Shown piece by piece: positions 41,636 to 51,056 of a stretch of DNA of 64,000 nucleotides. The notes below the pieces were generated by a model, which had not been told where the DNA came from, did not search any database, and was given only the letters and a program-made list of their open reading frames with translations. Source of the stretch: Verrucomicrobiia bacterium (GTDB lineage: Bacteria > Verrucomicrobiota > Verrucomicrobiia > Limisphaerales > UBA11358); assembly GCA_036502245.1 (NCBI GenBank), contig DASXYX010000068.1, positions 4,190 through 68,189 of the forward strand, given 5' to 3'. The translations under genes and the position numbers were made by a program. Position 1 is the first letter of the stretch; every line of letters starts with the position of its first letter.

Positions 41636-44247
41636 AAGTGTTTCGGATACCGCCGCTGAAGCTCGGATTTGATCTTCGGGTAGTGCTCGCGCCAGAAATT
41701 CGCCAGGTCTTGCGTCACCTGGATGGGTTTCATGCCCGGTGTCAGGATGTGCACCGTCACCGCCGCGCGCCCCATTGCGATGCGCGGCGTCTGGTTCACA
41801 TCATACAACTCCTGGATACGCAACGAAATGAACGGCGATTTGCCGGTCTCGTAACTCACCTTGGGCGTGCGCCCGTTCGGCAATGACAATCGCTCCGGCG
41901 CATGTTTGTCCAATAGCTCACGCTGCGCTTGCGACAACCATGACATGACGACCGGCTTGACCTCTCGCTCCTTGATCTCTTTGTAACCCACCGCGCCGTG
42001 ACAAAGCTGCTCGATGACCGACTTTTTGTCGTCGTCCGCGAAGGGAGGGAGTTGTAATTCAGGACAATTTGCGCAAAGAAAATTCAGCCGGGCGAGCCAT
42101 TGCTCCACTGAATGGTCCCAATTCGGCAACGGCAACCGTTCCGCCAGAATTTCTTCCGACAAAATGCGCGCCGCCGCATCAGCGGGTGGCGGTTCCACGC
42201 GTTTGGCAGAGAGAGCCAGTCCGCGAAATTTTAAAAGCTCTGCTGCCACGACCCGTTTTTGTGTCGAATCGAACTGCACACGCAAATCGGATTCCAAATC
42301 TTCGGGAAATAATTCGCGCAACCAATCCGGCTCGATCGCTGTTGCCAGCGAGAGGATGGTATTTACTTCTTTGTCGCGCATTTCCACCTCGCGTATCTCC
42401 GCGACGACGAACAGTTCTTTTTGCTGCACCACACTTTCCCGCGCCAGCACCCCGCGGCGGTTATGGACCAATTCGCAGCGCAACGTCCCCTGATCCAGTC
42501 GACGAGCGACACGGTCGGAAAAACCGATCAAAATACATTTCTGCAATGCCTCGTCCTTCACCTCGCGCGGTTTGGCATCCAGCCCCTCGCGCGCGGCGAT
42601 GCGCAGAAATTGCTCCAGCAATGGCCCCACCTGCCTCGCCGTGACGGCATGGATGCCCAGCTTGCGGCAGGCGTCCATGCGGAATTGATTGTTCGCGGCA
42701 TAACTCCACGCGCGCATGAGGATCCAGAAATCAGACGAGGCCTTCTCGCCGAGCAAATCCTCGCGCAGCCCGGCGGTCGCCTTGTCCACGTTCCGCAACA
42801 ACAGATCGCGCCCTTGCGTCAGGGCGGCGACGAGCGCAGCCTGATAAACGCAGCCATAATCCTGCGCTGCCAGCAACATGCGCGAATAACGCGGATGCAA
42901 CGGGAACGCCAGCATCTTGCGTCCCACCTGTGTGATGGCGCTGCTCTTATCCAGCGCGCCGAGATCGTGAAGCAATTCCTCCGCATGAGTCAGCGAGATT
43001 TCATCTGGCTTTTCGAGCCAGCGGAATTTTCGCAGATCATCCACGCCCGCCGCCTTAAGTGTGAGCACTACTTCTGCCAGGTCCAACCGCCGTATCTCCG
43101 GCAACTCCTGCGGCGGACGATGCGAATGTTCCTCGCGCGACCACAACCTCATGCAAACACCCGGCGCGGTTCGCCCTGCGCGGCCCGCGCGCTGGTCGGC
43201 GGACGATTGCGAAATGCGCTCGATGAGCAGTGTATTGATGCCGCGATTAGCGTCATATCGCGCGATGCGCACCAGCCCGGAATCGATCACCAGTCGCACA
43301 CCGTCAATCGTCAGCGACGTTTCGGCCACGTTCGTCGCCACAACGACTTTGCGTTGCTCATATCGTGCCACGGCAGCGTCTTGTAATTTTGGATCCAATT
43401 CACCATGCAATGGCAGCAGGATGAATCCTTTCGATTCCGAAGTATGCCGGATGGCTTCTATCGTCTGCGAAATCTCGAATCCACCCGGCATGAAGACAAG
43501 CACATCGCCTTCGCCGCCTGAGTTCACATAACTTGAGAACGCCTCCGCTGCCTGTTCCCAGACCGGCCGTTTGTCATTATAAGTTGGCTGCGCGGCGTAT
43601 TCCATCTCCACCGGAAACATCCGGCCTTCGGAGGACAGGACGGAACAATAAAAATCATTTGTAGGAGACGACGTAAGGAGTCTCTGGTTTTCGGTTTTTG
43701 AATTTTGAGCTTCGTTACCTCGGCTCCTACATTCAGAAAGATAATTCTCCAATTCACCCGCATTCAACGTCGCCGACATCACGATGAGGTGCAGGTCTGG
43801 CCGATGCTGCTCCTGCAAATCCAGCGAGCGGGCCAGAGTAATGTCCCCGTACAGATGCCGCTCATGAAACTCGTCGAAGATGAGCACGGAAACACCGCGC
43901 AACTTCGGGTCTTCAATCATCTGCCGCAGCAGAACACCTTCGGTCACGAAACGGATCTTGGTTTTCGCTGATGTGACATTCTCGAAGCGGATCTGGTATC
44001 CGACTTCCTCACCGAGTTTGACGCCCAGTTCCTGCGCCACGCGGGCGGCGAGCAGGCGCGTGGCCAATCGGCGCGGTTGGAGAATGACGACCTGTCCTTC
44101 GCGCAAGAAATTATGGCGCAAGAGCATTTGCGGCACTTGCGTGGATTTGCCCGAGCCGGTTGGCGCGGACAAAATCAATCGCCGGTCCGATTTCAGCCGC
44201 GAAATGATGTCGCTTTCAATGTCGTAAATGGGCAGACGATTGGCCAT
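41626..44247 (-). CDS. hrpB: ATP-dependent DEAH-box helicase HrpB, carrying an in-frame repeat-derived insertion
   Basis: APTGSGKST, FDEFHERH, MSATL, VATNVAETSLTIDGV, QRAGRAGR and the HrpB-type C-terminal domain. Extra residues lie between MSATL and SEGRMFPVE. Confidence 0.9.
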   Translation of the reverse strand: MANRLPIYDIESDIISRLKSDRRLILSAPTGSGKSTQVPQMLLRHNFLREGQVVILQPRRLATRLLAARVAQELGVKLGEEVGYQIRFENVTSAKTKIRFVTEGVLLRQMIEDPKLRGVSVLIFDEFHERHLYGDITLARSLDLQEQHRPDLHLIVMSATLNAGELENYLSECRSRGNEAQNSKTENQRLLTSSPTNDFYCSVLSSEGRMFPVEMEYAAQPTYNDKRPVWEQAAEAFSSYVNSGGEGDVLVFMPGGFEISQTIEAIRHTSESKGFILLPLHGELDPKLQDAAVARYEQRKVVVATNVAETSLTIDGVRLVIDSGLVRIARYDANRGINTLLIERISQSSADQRAGRAGRTAPGVCMRLWSREEHSHRPPQELPEIRRLDLAEVVLTLKAAGVDDLRKFRWLEKPDEISLTHAEELLHDLGALDKSSAITQVGRKMLAFPLHPRYSRMLLAAQDYGCVYQAALVAALTQGRDLLLRNVDKATAGLREDLLGEKASSDFWILMRAWSYAANNQFRMDACRKLGIHAVTARQVGPLLEQFLRIAAREGLDAKPREVKDEALQKCILIGFSDRVARRLDQGTLRCELVHNRRGVLARESVVQQKELFVVAEIREVEMRDKEVNTILSLATAIEPDWLRELFPEDLESDLRVQFDSTQKRVVAAELLKFRGLALSAKRVEPPPADAAARILSEEILAERLPLPNWDHSVEQWLARLNFLCANCPELQLPPFADDDKKSVIEQLCHGAVGYKEIKEREVKPVVMSWLSQAQRELLDKHAPERLSLPNGRTPKVSYETGKSPFISLRIQELYDVNQTPRIAMGRAAVTVHILTPGMKPIQVTQDLANFWREHYPKIKSELQRRYPKHLWR
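43660..43731. repeat. 72-bp MITE/REP-like element with imperfect terminal inverted repeats inside the hrpB reading frame
   Basis: tgtaggagacgacgtaagg...cgttacctcggctcctaca. The ends match 16/19 as inverted repeats by eye. The length equals 24 codons. The left end is related to 6780-6802. Confidence 0.75.
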
Positions 44248-44362
44248 GTGAGCGGTTATTTTAGCAGTAAAATAGGTTTGGGAAAATTAAAACGCTATGG
44301 AAACTCTGATTAGCCAGAGAAAAAACATTAGTGAGCTGCCATATTCCAAGATGCAAGCGACT

Positions 44363-44425
44363 GCGAAGGCCAAATCGAATTTTGCGCCAGCTTATGGAGT
44401 GCGGCAGCCCTCTGCCGCTTTTAAG
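44363..44425. repeat. Repeat family C ('gcgccagctt.tggagtgcggcag.cctctgccgcttt')
   Basis: Near-identical copy at 59851-59914. Contains the hairpin gcggcag-ccctc-tgccgc. Confidence 0.75.
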
Positions 44426-44747
44426 ACAACACTATCCTCTCATCTCCCAATTTTCCCTGGATGCTTTCAATGAGTTCGCGGATGTGCCGGGCGTCGGCTT
44501 TGCGATGACCATGGCTTTTCAGCGGGTCGGTGCCGCCGGTCGATTCGATCAGGATGTCCGACCAGATGAAGCCGGTCTTGATATGCACGGACGCTACTTT
44601 GGAAAGGCTCATGCTGATCTCGTCCTTGCTGAACCATGACCGTTTGTGCCGGATAATGGCCTTGTCCGTGATCTCGATGACCGTGGGAAAAAGAAAATTC
44701 CCGCGCGTCCACCGGCTGGCTTTGAATGTTTCCGACACCATGCGCAA
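44421..44747 (-). CDS. Bacterial PH-domain-like small protein
   Basis: 108 aa. FPTVIEITDKAIIRHKRSWFSKDEISMSLSKVASVHIKTGFIWSDILIESTGG resembles bPH/YdbT-type PH domains. Confidence 0.55.
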   Translation of the reverse strand: MRMVSETFKASRWTRGNFLFPTVIEITDKAIIRHKRSWFSKDEISMSLSKVASVHIKTGFIWSDILIESTGGTDPLKSHGHRKADARHIRELIESIQGKLGDERIVLS

Positions 44748-44790
44748 AATTTAATCCGCATTTGCGCCCATGCAAGAAACAAAATCATTT

Positions 44791-44825
44791 AACCACGGAT
44801 GGACACCGATAAACACAGATATGAA
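44791..44825. repeat. Repeat family B ('aaccacggatggacac.gataaacac.gat')
   Basis: Same motif as 56478-56530, 59677-59710 and 59917-59950, and as the inverted pair at 7458/7671. Confidence 0.75.
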
Positions 44826-44902
44826 AATGCCAAATTAAGCGAATTATCGCATAGAACCAAAGGTGGAAAGTGTTTCTTATTGCGGATGTGATCGAAATGT
44901 TT

Positions 44903-44975
44903 TCCTTCTCCCCTCAACGGGGAGAAGGATCAAGGATGAGGGGTGAGACAAGAAAAAGGCTGTCTCATCACCGGC
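44903..44975. repeat. Hairpin repeat family A copy abutting the DUF5069 gene stop
   Basis: tccttctcccctcaacggggagaaggatcaaggatgaggggtgagacaag... Confidence 0.8.
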
Positions 44976-45400
44976 TAAATCCGCTTCTCATCCGCGTCAA
45001 TCATATCCACAAAACATTTGATCTCATCGCGATGACCGATGCCAGCCTGTTCCTTGCGCATTTTCAGGCGCGCCACGGCGCCAGCATCATCGGCTTTGGG
45101 ACGGCTCAAGGTATCCTGCCAATGTGCTTCCTTTTCAGCGGGAGTTTTTTTCACATTCTTGCGCGCCCAATCGCAGACCTGGCCATCGGTGACGGAATTT
45201 TTCACGACCTCGATCATCTGCTCATGCGAAACTCCGGCGGCTTTGAGCCAAAAACCGTCAAAGCCTTTGCCAAAATTTTCCGTGTAATCGGAATGCAATT
45301 TGCCGGCCAGATGCAGGCGGATCTTGTCGAGGTATCGCGGCAGATAATGCCAGCCATCCATGGTTTCGCGCGGGCTGCGGGGATAAATGATTTCGCTCAT
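44975..45400 (-). CDS. DUF5069-like protein
   Basis: YPRSPRETMDGWHYLPRYLDKIRLHLAGKL..DY....G.GFD......AGV pattern recalled for DUF5069. Start taken at the internal ATG (MSEIIYP). Confidence 0.65.
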   Translation of the reverse strand: MSEIIYPRSPRETMDGWHYLPRYLDKIRLHLAGKLHSDYTENFGKGFDGFWLKAAGVSHEQMIEVVKNSVTDGQVCDWARKNVKKTPAEKEAHWQDTLSRPKADDAGAVARLKMRKEQAGIGHRDEIKCFVDMIDADEKRI

Positions 45401-45431
45401 GCCGAAAATCCTAAACGATTTTTGCAAAATG

Positions 45432-46928
45432 TCACCATGAGTAATGTGCTGTATAGGTGACGGTCTTCTCCACGTCCGGCTGCACCTGCACATTGAACTC
45501 AATCGTTTGCGAGTCGGTCTTGGTGAAATCATCCGAGTGCGCCGTGATGTCCCAATTATTCCAGCGATAGAGATGCTCCACCACGCGGACGGTCACCGGT
45601 TCCTTTTTGTGATTGCGTAATTTGATCTCGAAAGATTCGTCGGCGCGATGATTGTTTTCATCGATATTATAATTCGTTTGTTTGCGCTCGCCGACCACGT
45701 CAAAGGCATTGCCGGTATTCACGCGGATCGTTTCGTCTGCGGGCGTATGATCAATCTCGTCTTCGCCGACAAACTCTAACTGTCCGTCATCGTCCCGGCG
45801 ATAAAACCGCAGCTTGCCTTTGGGCAGCGCTATTCCCAGATGATTCGTCTTTGAATTCACGAACTTCCGCATTACCCACACCTTTTTGTTGGATTGCGTG
45901 CCGTATCCAGGATTGTTGCGAATAGATCCATAATCCCATCCCCCATATTGCGATAGGTCCGCGCCGTCATAGACATAAATCGTTTTGGATTTGATGCCCT
46001 CGGCATGGACAAACTCCACCTGCTTCGTCTCCCGATCGCGCAAGGTTGTCGGATTATCCAGCGTATAAAGATGAAATTCATCGAAAGCTTTTTCTGAAAC
46101 GGGCGGTTGATATGCTTTTCCCGCTGCCATGTCCATCATGGCCTCTCGCATTACCATTGGTTGTGGCGACTGTACCCGGTTCACATCACCGGCCATCAAT
46201 TTGATTTTTGCGTTCTCAAAAGTTTTCCCGCTTTGATTGTCCAGCGTCACCCAGCCGATGAGATCCACGTCATCGCCTTTCTCTGGCGAAACCAGGTTGT
46301 AATCGGCTTCCCATGAAAATCCTTCGCTCAGGTATCCGATCTCCGCATCAAATTTACCGTCGCTGTCGGATTGGATGGTCCAATCCAGCGCCGGTTTGAG
46401 AATGGTGTTGTTGCCCAGGTCGGGAAAGAGCGGTTTCCCCGGCAGACCGAACTGCATCTCGCCATTCACTTCGATGATTGGCTCAGTGGACTGCGCCAGG
46501 TTCATCTGTGCCTGTTGATAATCTTCGCCATACTGACCCATGGCCGAATAATGCGGCACATATCCGGTGCGAACGATTTTCCCCTCAATGACTTTTTCGA
46601 CCTCGCCGGTGGTGGGAGACACGACCTGAAATCCGATTGTCCGGCCTTCGCACAACGACAACAACAAGTCCTGCGAAACGGGGTCATTCCGATAATTTTG
46701 CTCGAGGATCTGAAAATCATGCCGGCCCGTCGGATCGCGCAAGATCACCGTGTCCGGCTCCAGATGAGCGGTGGCATCCGAATAATTTACCTGATTGACG
46801 CCGGATTTGAGATTGAGCGGCACCGTATCGCGCACGACGGCGTAATTTTGGTTATAAATGGTTAAAGCCGGTTGAGCGGATGCGGCCAGGGAAACGGAAA
46901 GCAAAAGAACCGCTTGTATAATCTTCAT
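45432..46928 (-). CDS. Secreted DUF4139 (DUF4140 N-terminal) family protein
   Basis: Signal peptide. LTIYNQNYAVVRDTVPLNLKSGVNQVNYSDATAHLEPDTVIL is typical of the DUF4140/DUF4139 family. About 500 aa. Confidence 0.7.
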   Translation of the reverse strand: MKIIQAVLLLSVSLAASAQPALTIYNQNYAVVRDTVPLNLKSGVNQVNYSDATAHLEPDTVILRDPTGRHDFQILEQNYRNDPVSQDLLLSLCEGRTIGFQVVSPTTGEVEKVIEGKIVRTGYVPHYSAMGQYGEDYQQAQMNLAQSTEPIIEVNGEMQFGLPGKPLFPDLGNNTILKPALDWTIQSDSDGKFDAEIGYLSEGFSWEADYNLVSPEKGDDVDLIGWVTLDNQSGKTFENAKIKLMAGDVNRVQSPQPMVMREAMMDMAAGKAYQPPVSEKAFDEFHLYTLDNPTTLRDRETKQVEFVHAEGIKSKTIYVYDGADLSQYGGWDYGSIRNNPGYGTQSNKKVWVMRKFVNSKTNHLGIALPKGKLRFYRRDDDGQLEFVGEDEIDHTPADETIRVNTGNAFDVVGERKQTNYNIDENNHRADESFEIKLRNHKKEPVTVRVVEHLYRWNNWDITAHSDDFTKTDSQTIEFNVQVQPDVEKTVTYTAHYSW

Positions 46929-47028
46929 AATTTATTCCTATTGGTCATTGTTCTATTATCGGCACCAAATTAGACGGTAAGCGGCGGAAAATACTTCAAT
47001 TTTTTTTAGAAAAGCGCATTTTCAGGCC

Positions 47029-48414
47029 ATGAATCGATTCGATTTTGATGTGGCGGTCGTTGGCGGCGGCAGCGCCGGGTATGCGGCTGCCCGAACGGCG
47101 GCGGGTGCCGGGCTGAAAACTGTGGTTATCGAGGGGGGCAGGGAAGTGGGCGGCCTATGCATTCTGCGCGGGTGCATGCCCACCAAGGCGCTTCTCTATA
47201 TGGCCGAAGTCGCACACATGGTAAAAAACTCTGGGCTATTCGGCACGCGCGCAAAAAAGGTTTCGTTCGATTTCAAAAAGGTCATGGCGCGAAAAAAAGC
47301 GCTCATCCAAGATTTCGCCGATTATCGTGTCCAGCAATTGAACAGTAAAAAGTTCGAGTTCGTCCGCGCCGGGGCGAAGTTTCTCGATCCCCACACCTTG
47401 CAACTCACGAATGGCCGCAAGTTGACCGCCAAACATTTCGTCATCTCCACCGGCTCCACTGTCGCCCCATCGCCGTTGCCGCAATTGAACGCCCTCGGCT
47501 ATTTGACGAGCGACGATGCGCTCGCATTGAAGAAACTACCCAAATCGCTCACCGTCCTCGGCGGCGGGCCGACCGCGTGTGAGTTCGCGCAATTCTTTTC
47601 GCGCTTCGGCGTCAAAGTGACGCTCGTGCAACGCAGCCCGCACATCCTCCACGATTTCGACTCCGACGCCTCGGCAGTGATCGAGACCGTCTTTCGCCGC
47701 GAAGGCATTAAACTATTCACTGGCACAAAGCTGTTGGATGCCCGGCGCAAGGGACGCCTGAAATCCATTTTATTCGAACATGGCGGCAAAACGGTGTCAG
47801 TGGTTGCCGAGGAGATTCTGTTCGCACTGGGCCGGGTCCCAAATACCGCCGGCCTTGGCCTGGAGAATGCCGGCGTTAAAACCGGGCGCGGACGCATTTT
47901 GACCAACGATTGTATGCAAAGCAGCGCGCCGCACATTTTTGCGGCCGGCGATTGCGCGGGGCCATATGAAATTGTCCATATCGCCGTCCTGCAGGGAGAG
48001 GCCGCCGCCCGTAACATCATCGCCCGGAATTCCGCGCGCATGGACTATCGTCTGCTCATTTCGGTAGTGTTCACCGAGCCGCAATTGGCATTCGTCGGCT
48101 TCACGGAAAAAGAAGCCGCCGCTCGCGGTATCAAATTCATTTCCGCGAGCTATCCTTTCAATGACCACGGCAAATCTCTCATCATGAACGCGACCGATGG
48201 ATTCGTGAAATTACTGGCTGATCCTAAAACCGGCGAGATCATTGGCGGCCAATGCGCCGGACCGCTCGGCGGTGAGTTGATCCATGAGATCGCCGCCGCC
48301 ATGGCCAAACGCATGACCGTCCAGGAACTCGCGGCCATGCCGCATTATCATCCGACCCTTGCGGAGATTTGGACTTATCCCGCCGAAGAATTAGTAGAAA
48401 TGCTTCCTGGCTGA
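47029..48414 (+). CDS. Class I FAD-dependent pyridine nucleotide-disulfide oxidoreductase
   Basis: DVAVVGGGSAGYAAA (FAD fold), redox disulfide GGLCILRGCMPTK, second Rossmann LTVLGGGPTACEFA, GDCAG, and a dimerisation domain with HYHPTLAE. Confidence 0.85.
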   Translation: MNRFDFDVAVVGGGSAGYAAARTAAGAGLKTVVIEGGREVGGLCILRGCMPTKALLYMAEVAHMVKNSGLFGTRAKKVSFDFKKVMARKKALIQDFADYRVQQLNSKKFEFVRAGAKFLDPHTLQLTNGRKLTAKHFVISTGSTVAPSPLPQLNALGYLTSDDALALKKLPKSLTVLGGGPTACEFAQFFSRFGVKVTLVQRSPHILHDFDSDASAVIETVFRREGIKLFTGTKLLDARRKGRLKSILFEHGGKTVSVVAEEILFALGRVPNTAGLGLENAGVKTGRGRILTNDCMQSSAPHIFAAGDCAGPYEIVHIAVLQGEAAARNIIARNSARMDYRLLISVVFTEPQLAFVGFTEKEAAARGIKFISASYPFNDHGKSLIMNATDGFVKLLADPKTGEIIGGQCAGPLGGELIHEIAAAMAKRMTVQELAAMPHYHPTLAEIWTYPAEELVEMLPG

Positions 48415-48436
48415 AATGTTAGAGCAGCGTAGCGAT

Positions 48437-48871
48437 TTAAGGTTTGACTGTCAGCGCCAGCGCCAGCGCCAAAGATTTCTGCCGCACATCGAACGTGAAA
48501 AATTCTTGAACGCCGAGTTTTTTGGCCAACGTGACATGCAGCACGTCGAGACTGCGGCAACCGATGGCGGAAGAATGCACTGCGGCCCATTGTGCTGCCG
48601 CGCGATAAACCGGCGTCCAATTCACGGGTTGAGGAAATAACCGTCCACTCCGCAAATCCCGCTCTACATCCGACCAGGCCGCGCTGACCTGCGCTGGTGA
48701 AAGAACGCGCCGAAATACTCCCAAGGCGAGTGCGTTTCTCATCTCCAGGCGATGCAATCCCGTGAACGGCAAAGGGTCGGTGGCTGCATGGATCACAGCC
48801 TGGGCATTTACGCTGTTGGAATCATTTACGTAATACGAGATGAGCAGGCTGCTATCCGCGTAAAGGCGCAT
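48437..48871 (-). CDS. vapC: PIN-domain toxin (VapC-like)
   Basis: 144 aa. N-terminal ...YADSSLLISYY (acidic PIN residue context) and C-terminal SLDVLHVTLAKKLG..EFFTFDVRQ pattern of PIN toxins. Confidence 0.75.
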   Translation of the reverse strand: MRLYADSSLLISYYVNDSNSVNAQAVIHAATDPLPFTGLHRLEMRNALALGVFRRVLSPAQVSAAWSDVERDLRSGRLFPQPVNWTPVYRAAAQWAAVHSSAIGCRSLDVLHVTLAKKLGVQEFFTFDVRQKSLALALALTVKP

Positions 48872-48877
48872 GCGGTG

Positions 48878-49096
48878 TTAATAGCGCTCTTCTTCCCGCG
48901 CCAACAGAACCAGATTGGGCAAAAGCTTGTCGCCAAAAATTCGTCGGCGCCGGGCTGCCGCGTCAGGCCATCGAATCCGGCGGTGCTGTTTGACCATCGG
49001 CTCCGCTGTTTCGAGTTCGTGAACAAAGTCGAAGAATTTCCGGCGCTCCCGCAGTGGGAGTGCCTTAACCTGTTCCAATACCTCATGCGCGCTCAT
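48878..49096 (-). CDS. Putative antitoxin partner of the PIN toxin
   Basis: 72-aa ORF located 6 nt upstream of the PIN gene on the same strand, with the small charged profile typical of antitoxins. No family motif was recognised. Confidence 0.55.
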   Translation of the reverse strand: MSAHEVLEQVKALPLRERRKFFDFVHELETAEPMVKQHRRIRWPDAAARRRRIFGDKLLPNLVLLAREEERY

Positions 49097-49186
49097 GTTT
49101 AAAATAATACCACGGATTGTACGTTTTGGGCAAGGGAGTCCAGACGGCGAAATAGGTTGGACCAGCTGAAATTCGGAATTGGCGTG

Positions 49187-49957
49187 TTAAATCATTTGCT
49201 CCCGAGATGGAACCGTAGGTTTGCATGCCCCTCGATATCGAAGTTGTAAAATCCTCAAAAATCCACTCCATGTCATGCAAATGATCAAGGTTAAAGCACC
49301 GACCAGCCATCGCCCCCAATCGCCGTGGAATCCTGTGAACATTCGCATAACAATCGGCGTGACCAAACATAATGTGGACATTATAAATACATGGAGAAGT
49401 TCCGCTTTCCCGCTGATATACGCAGTTAAATATCCCGCAACAAGATTTGTCACTGTCACCCCGGAAAGAATAATTGCTTCATTGATGGGCCAGGGCCAAA
49501 AGTTCTGTCCCCAAAAAGCGCCCGAAAGAACGCCATAAAACATGTACACAAAAAATCCAACAACGATTGCAAAAACACTTCTTGGTAAACTAAAACTTTT
49601 GTGTTTTTCCTGTTCCTCTTTCAACGATTTAGAAAGTCGCCATTTTCTAAAAAGCGCGCCCCATGTCAGGTAAATTGACGAGGCAAACTCGCCTGAAATC
49701 CATAATGGCCAATTTCCGTGTCCCGGCTTTGAAAAATTTTCTAAAATAGAAATTCCGCCAAGTATAACCGTCAGGATAAGAACGTGGGTCACTTGAGCGC
49801 GTTTGCTGACGAGAGCTACAGCATATCCTCCACTAACCAGGCCAATGAGTTTAGTTGCCAAAACTATTGTGGGATTTGCATTAGAGAATGAAATCAGGAA
49901 GCCGATTACCCAGATAATGAACACTCCCATGCATACGGCTAAAATGCTTCTCACCAT
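49187..49957 (-). CDS. AT-rich multi-pass membrane protein of unknown function
   Basis: About 8 hydrophobic segments with visibly lower GC than neighbouring genes. Start chosen at MVRSILAV. Confidence 0.5.
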   Translation of the reverse strand: MVRSILAVCMGVFIIWVIGFLISFSNANPTIVLATKLIGLVSGGYAVALVSKRAQVTHVLILTVILGGISILENFSKPGHGNWPLWISGEFASSIYLTWGALFRKWRLSKSLKEEQEKHKSFSLPRSVFAIVVGFFVYMFYGVLSGAFWGQNFWPWPINEAIILSGVTVTNLVAGYLTAYISGKAELLHVFIMSTLCLVTPIVMRMFTGFHGDWGRWLVGALTLIICMTWSGFLRILQLRYRGACKPTVPSREQMI

Positions 49958-50042
49958 TTTACAATCCCAATTCTTGCCACACTGGAAGCGGACTATTCTC
50001 TGGAACAACACCCGTAATACGAAATGTTCCCGATGTGCTTTC

Positions 50043-50210
50043 TTACGACTGCGTGAGCAGGAAGCGCATCACCGAGAGGCAACCGAGCACCAGGGCCATG
50101 ATCAGCATCGAGCCGACGACATCGTTCTTGGCTGCGATCAAATGGTCCACGCGCCCAATCGGTCCCATCGAATGATAAGCTTTGCTACGTTTGACTTGGC
50201 GGTGACTCAT
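50043..50210 (-). CDS. Possible 55-aa tail-anchored small protein
   Basis: ATG..TAA ORF below the track cutoff: MSHRQVKRSKAYHSMGPIGRVDHLIAAKNDVVGSMLIMALVLGCLSVMRFLLTQS. GC-rich codon usage like the host, but no family was recognised. Confidence 0.25.
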   Translation of the reverse strand: MSHRQVKRSKAYHSMGPIGRVDHLIAAKNDVVGSMLIMALVLGCLSVMRFLLTQS

Positions 50211-50285
50211 GCTGTTTTCTTAGCAGAAAACAGGCCAAGCCCTTTTTAACTGGAAAAACGGGGTCAAAACCCTATTTTTGAACCA

Positions 50286-51056
50286 ATGGCAAAGCCGCCG
50301 CTCATTTTTGTCACGTCCAGTATCGAAAAACGGGGTGTCGAATTTCATGACATGTCCTCCAGTCTTTCAGTCAAATACGACATGTCCATCAGCCGGGTCG
50401 GGGGTATTGCCGCCACCGTGCCCGCGACCACCGACCGGGAGTTGCTCGCCGAGATCGTCAAGCGTTCCGACGGCATCATGTTGACCGGCGGCGACGACAT
50501 CACTCCCGAGCTTTACGAAACCAAACTTCCCCTTGCAGTTCGCAAGACGGTGTCATGCACACCAGACGGCGGACATCGCGATTTGCGCGAATTGATCATC
50601 ATCGATGAAGTTTTTCGCCAGCGCAAACCGCTCCTGGCCATTTGCCGGGGACACCAGTTGTTGAACATCGCCCTCGGTGGCAAGCTCATCGCCGACATCC
50701 GCCGGCAGGTGCGCGGCGCGCTCAACCACCAGCGCATGGACAAGGCCAATGAAATTGTTCACGAAGTTCCGTTGACAGCCGGTTCCTTGCTCGCCAATAT
50801 CACGGGAAAGCGCGTTCTGGGTATGAACAGCTCGCATCATCAGGCAGTGATGCAGCCGGCTGGGCCGCTAATGGCCACGGCGCAGGCGCGTGATGGAATC
50901 ATTGAAGCGATGGAATTAAGGCCGGAGGCGAAACGATTGACGCCGTTTTTATTGAGCGTCCAATTCCATCCCGAGCGGTTGACCGCCCGGCACCCGGAAC
51001 ATCGCGCGATTTTTTCACGGTTTGTCGCCGCGTGCGCGACGAAGAAACAGAAATGA
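50286..51056 (+). CDS. Class I glutamine amidotransferase / gamma-glutamyl-GABA hydrolase-like peptidase C26
   Basis: GIMLTGGDDI, catalytic Cys context PLLAICRGHQLLN, and SVQFHPE. Confidence 0.85.
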   Translation: MAKPPLIFVTSSIEKRGVEFHDMSSSLSVKYDMSISRVGGIAATVPATTDRELLAEIVKRSDGIMLTGGDDITPELYETKLPLAVRKTVSCTPDGGHRDLRELIIIDEVFRQRKPLLAICRGHQLLNIALGGKLIADIRRQVRGALNHQRMDKANEIVHEVPLTAGSLLANITGKRVLGMNSSHHQAVMQPAGPLMATAQARDGIIEAMELRPEAKRLTPFLLSVQFHPERLTARHPEHRAIFSRFVAACATKKQK

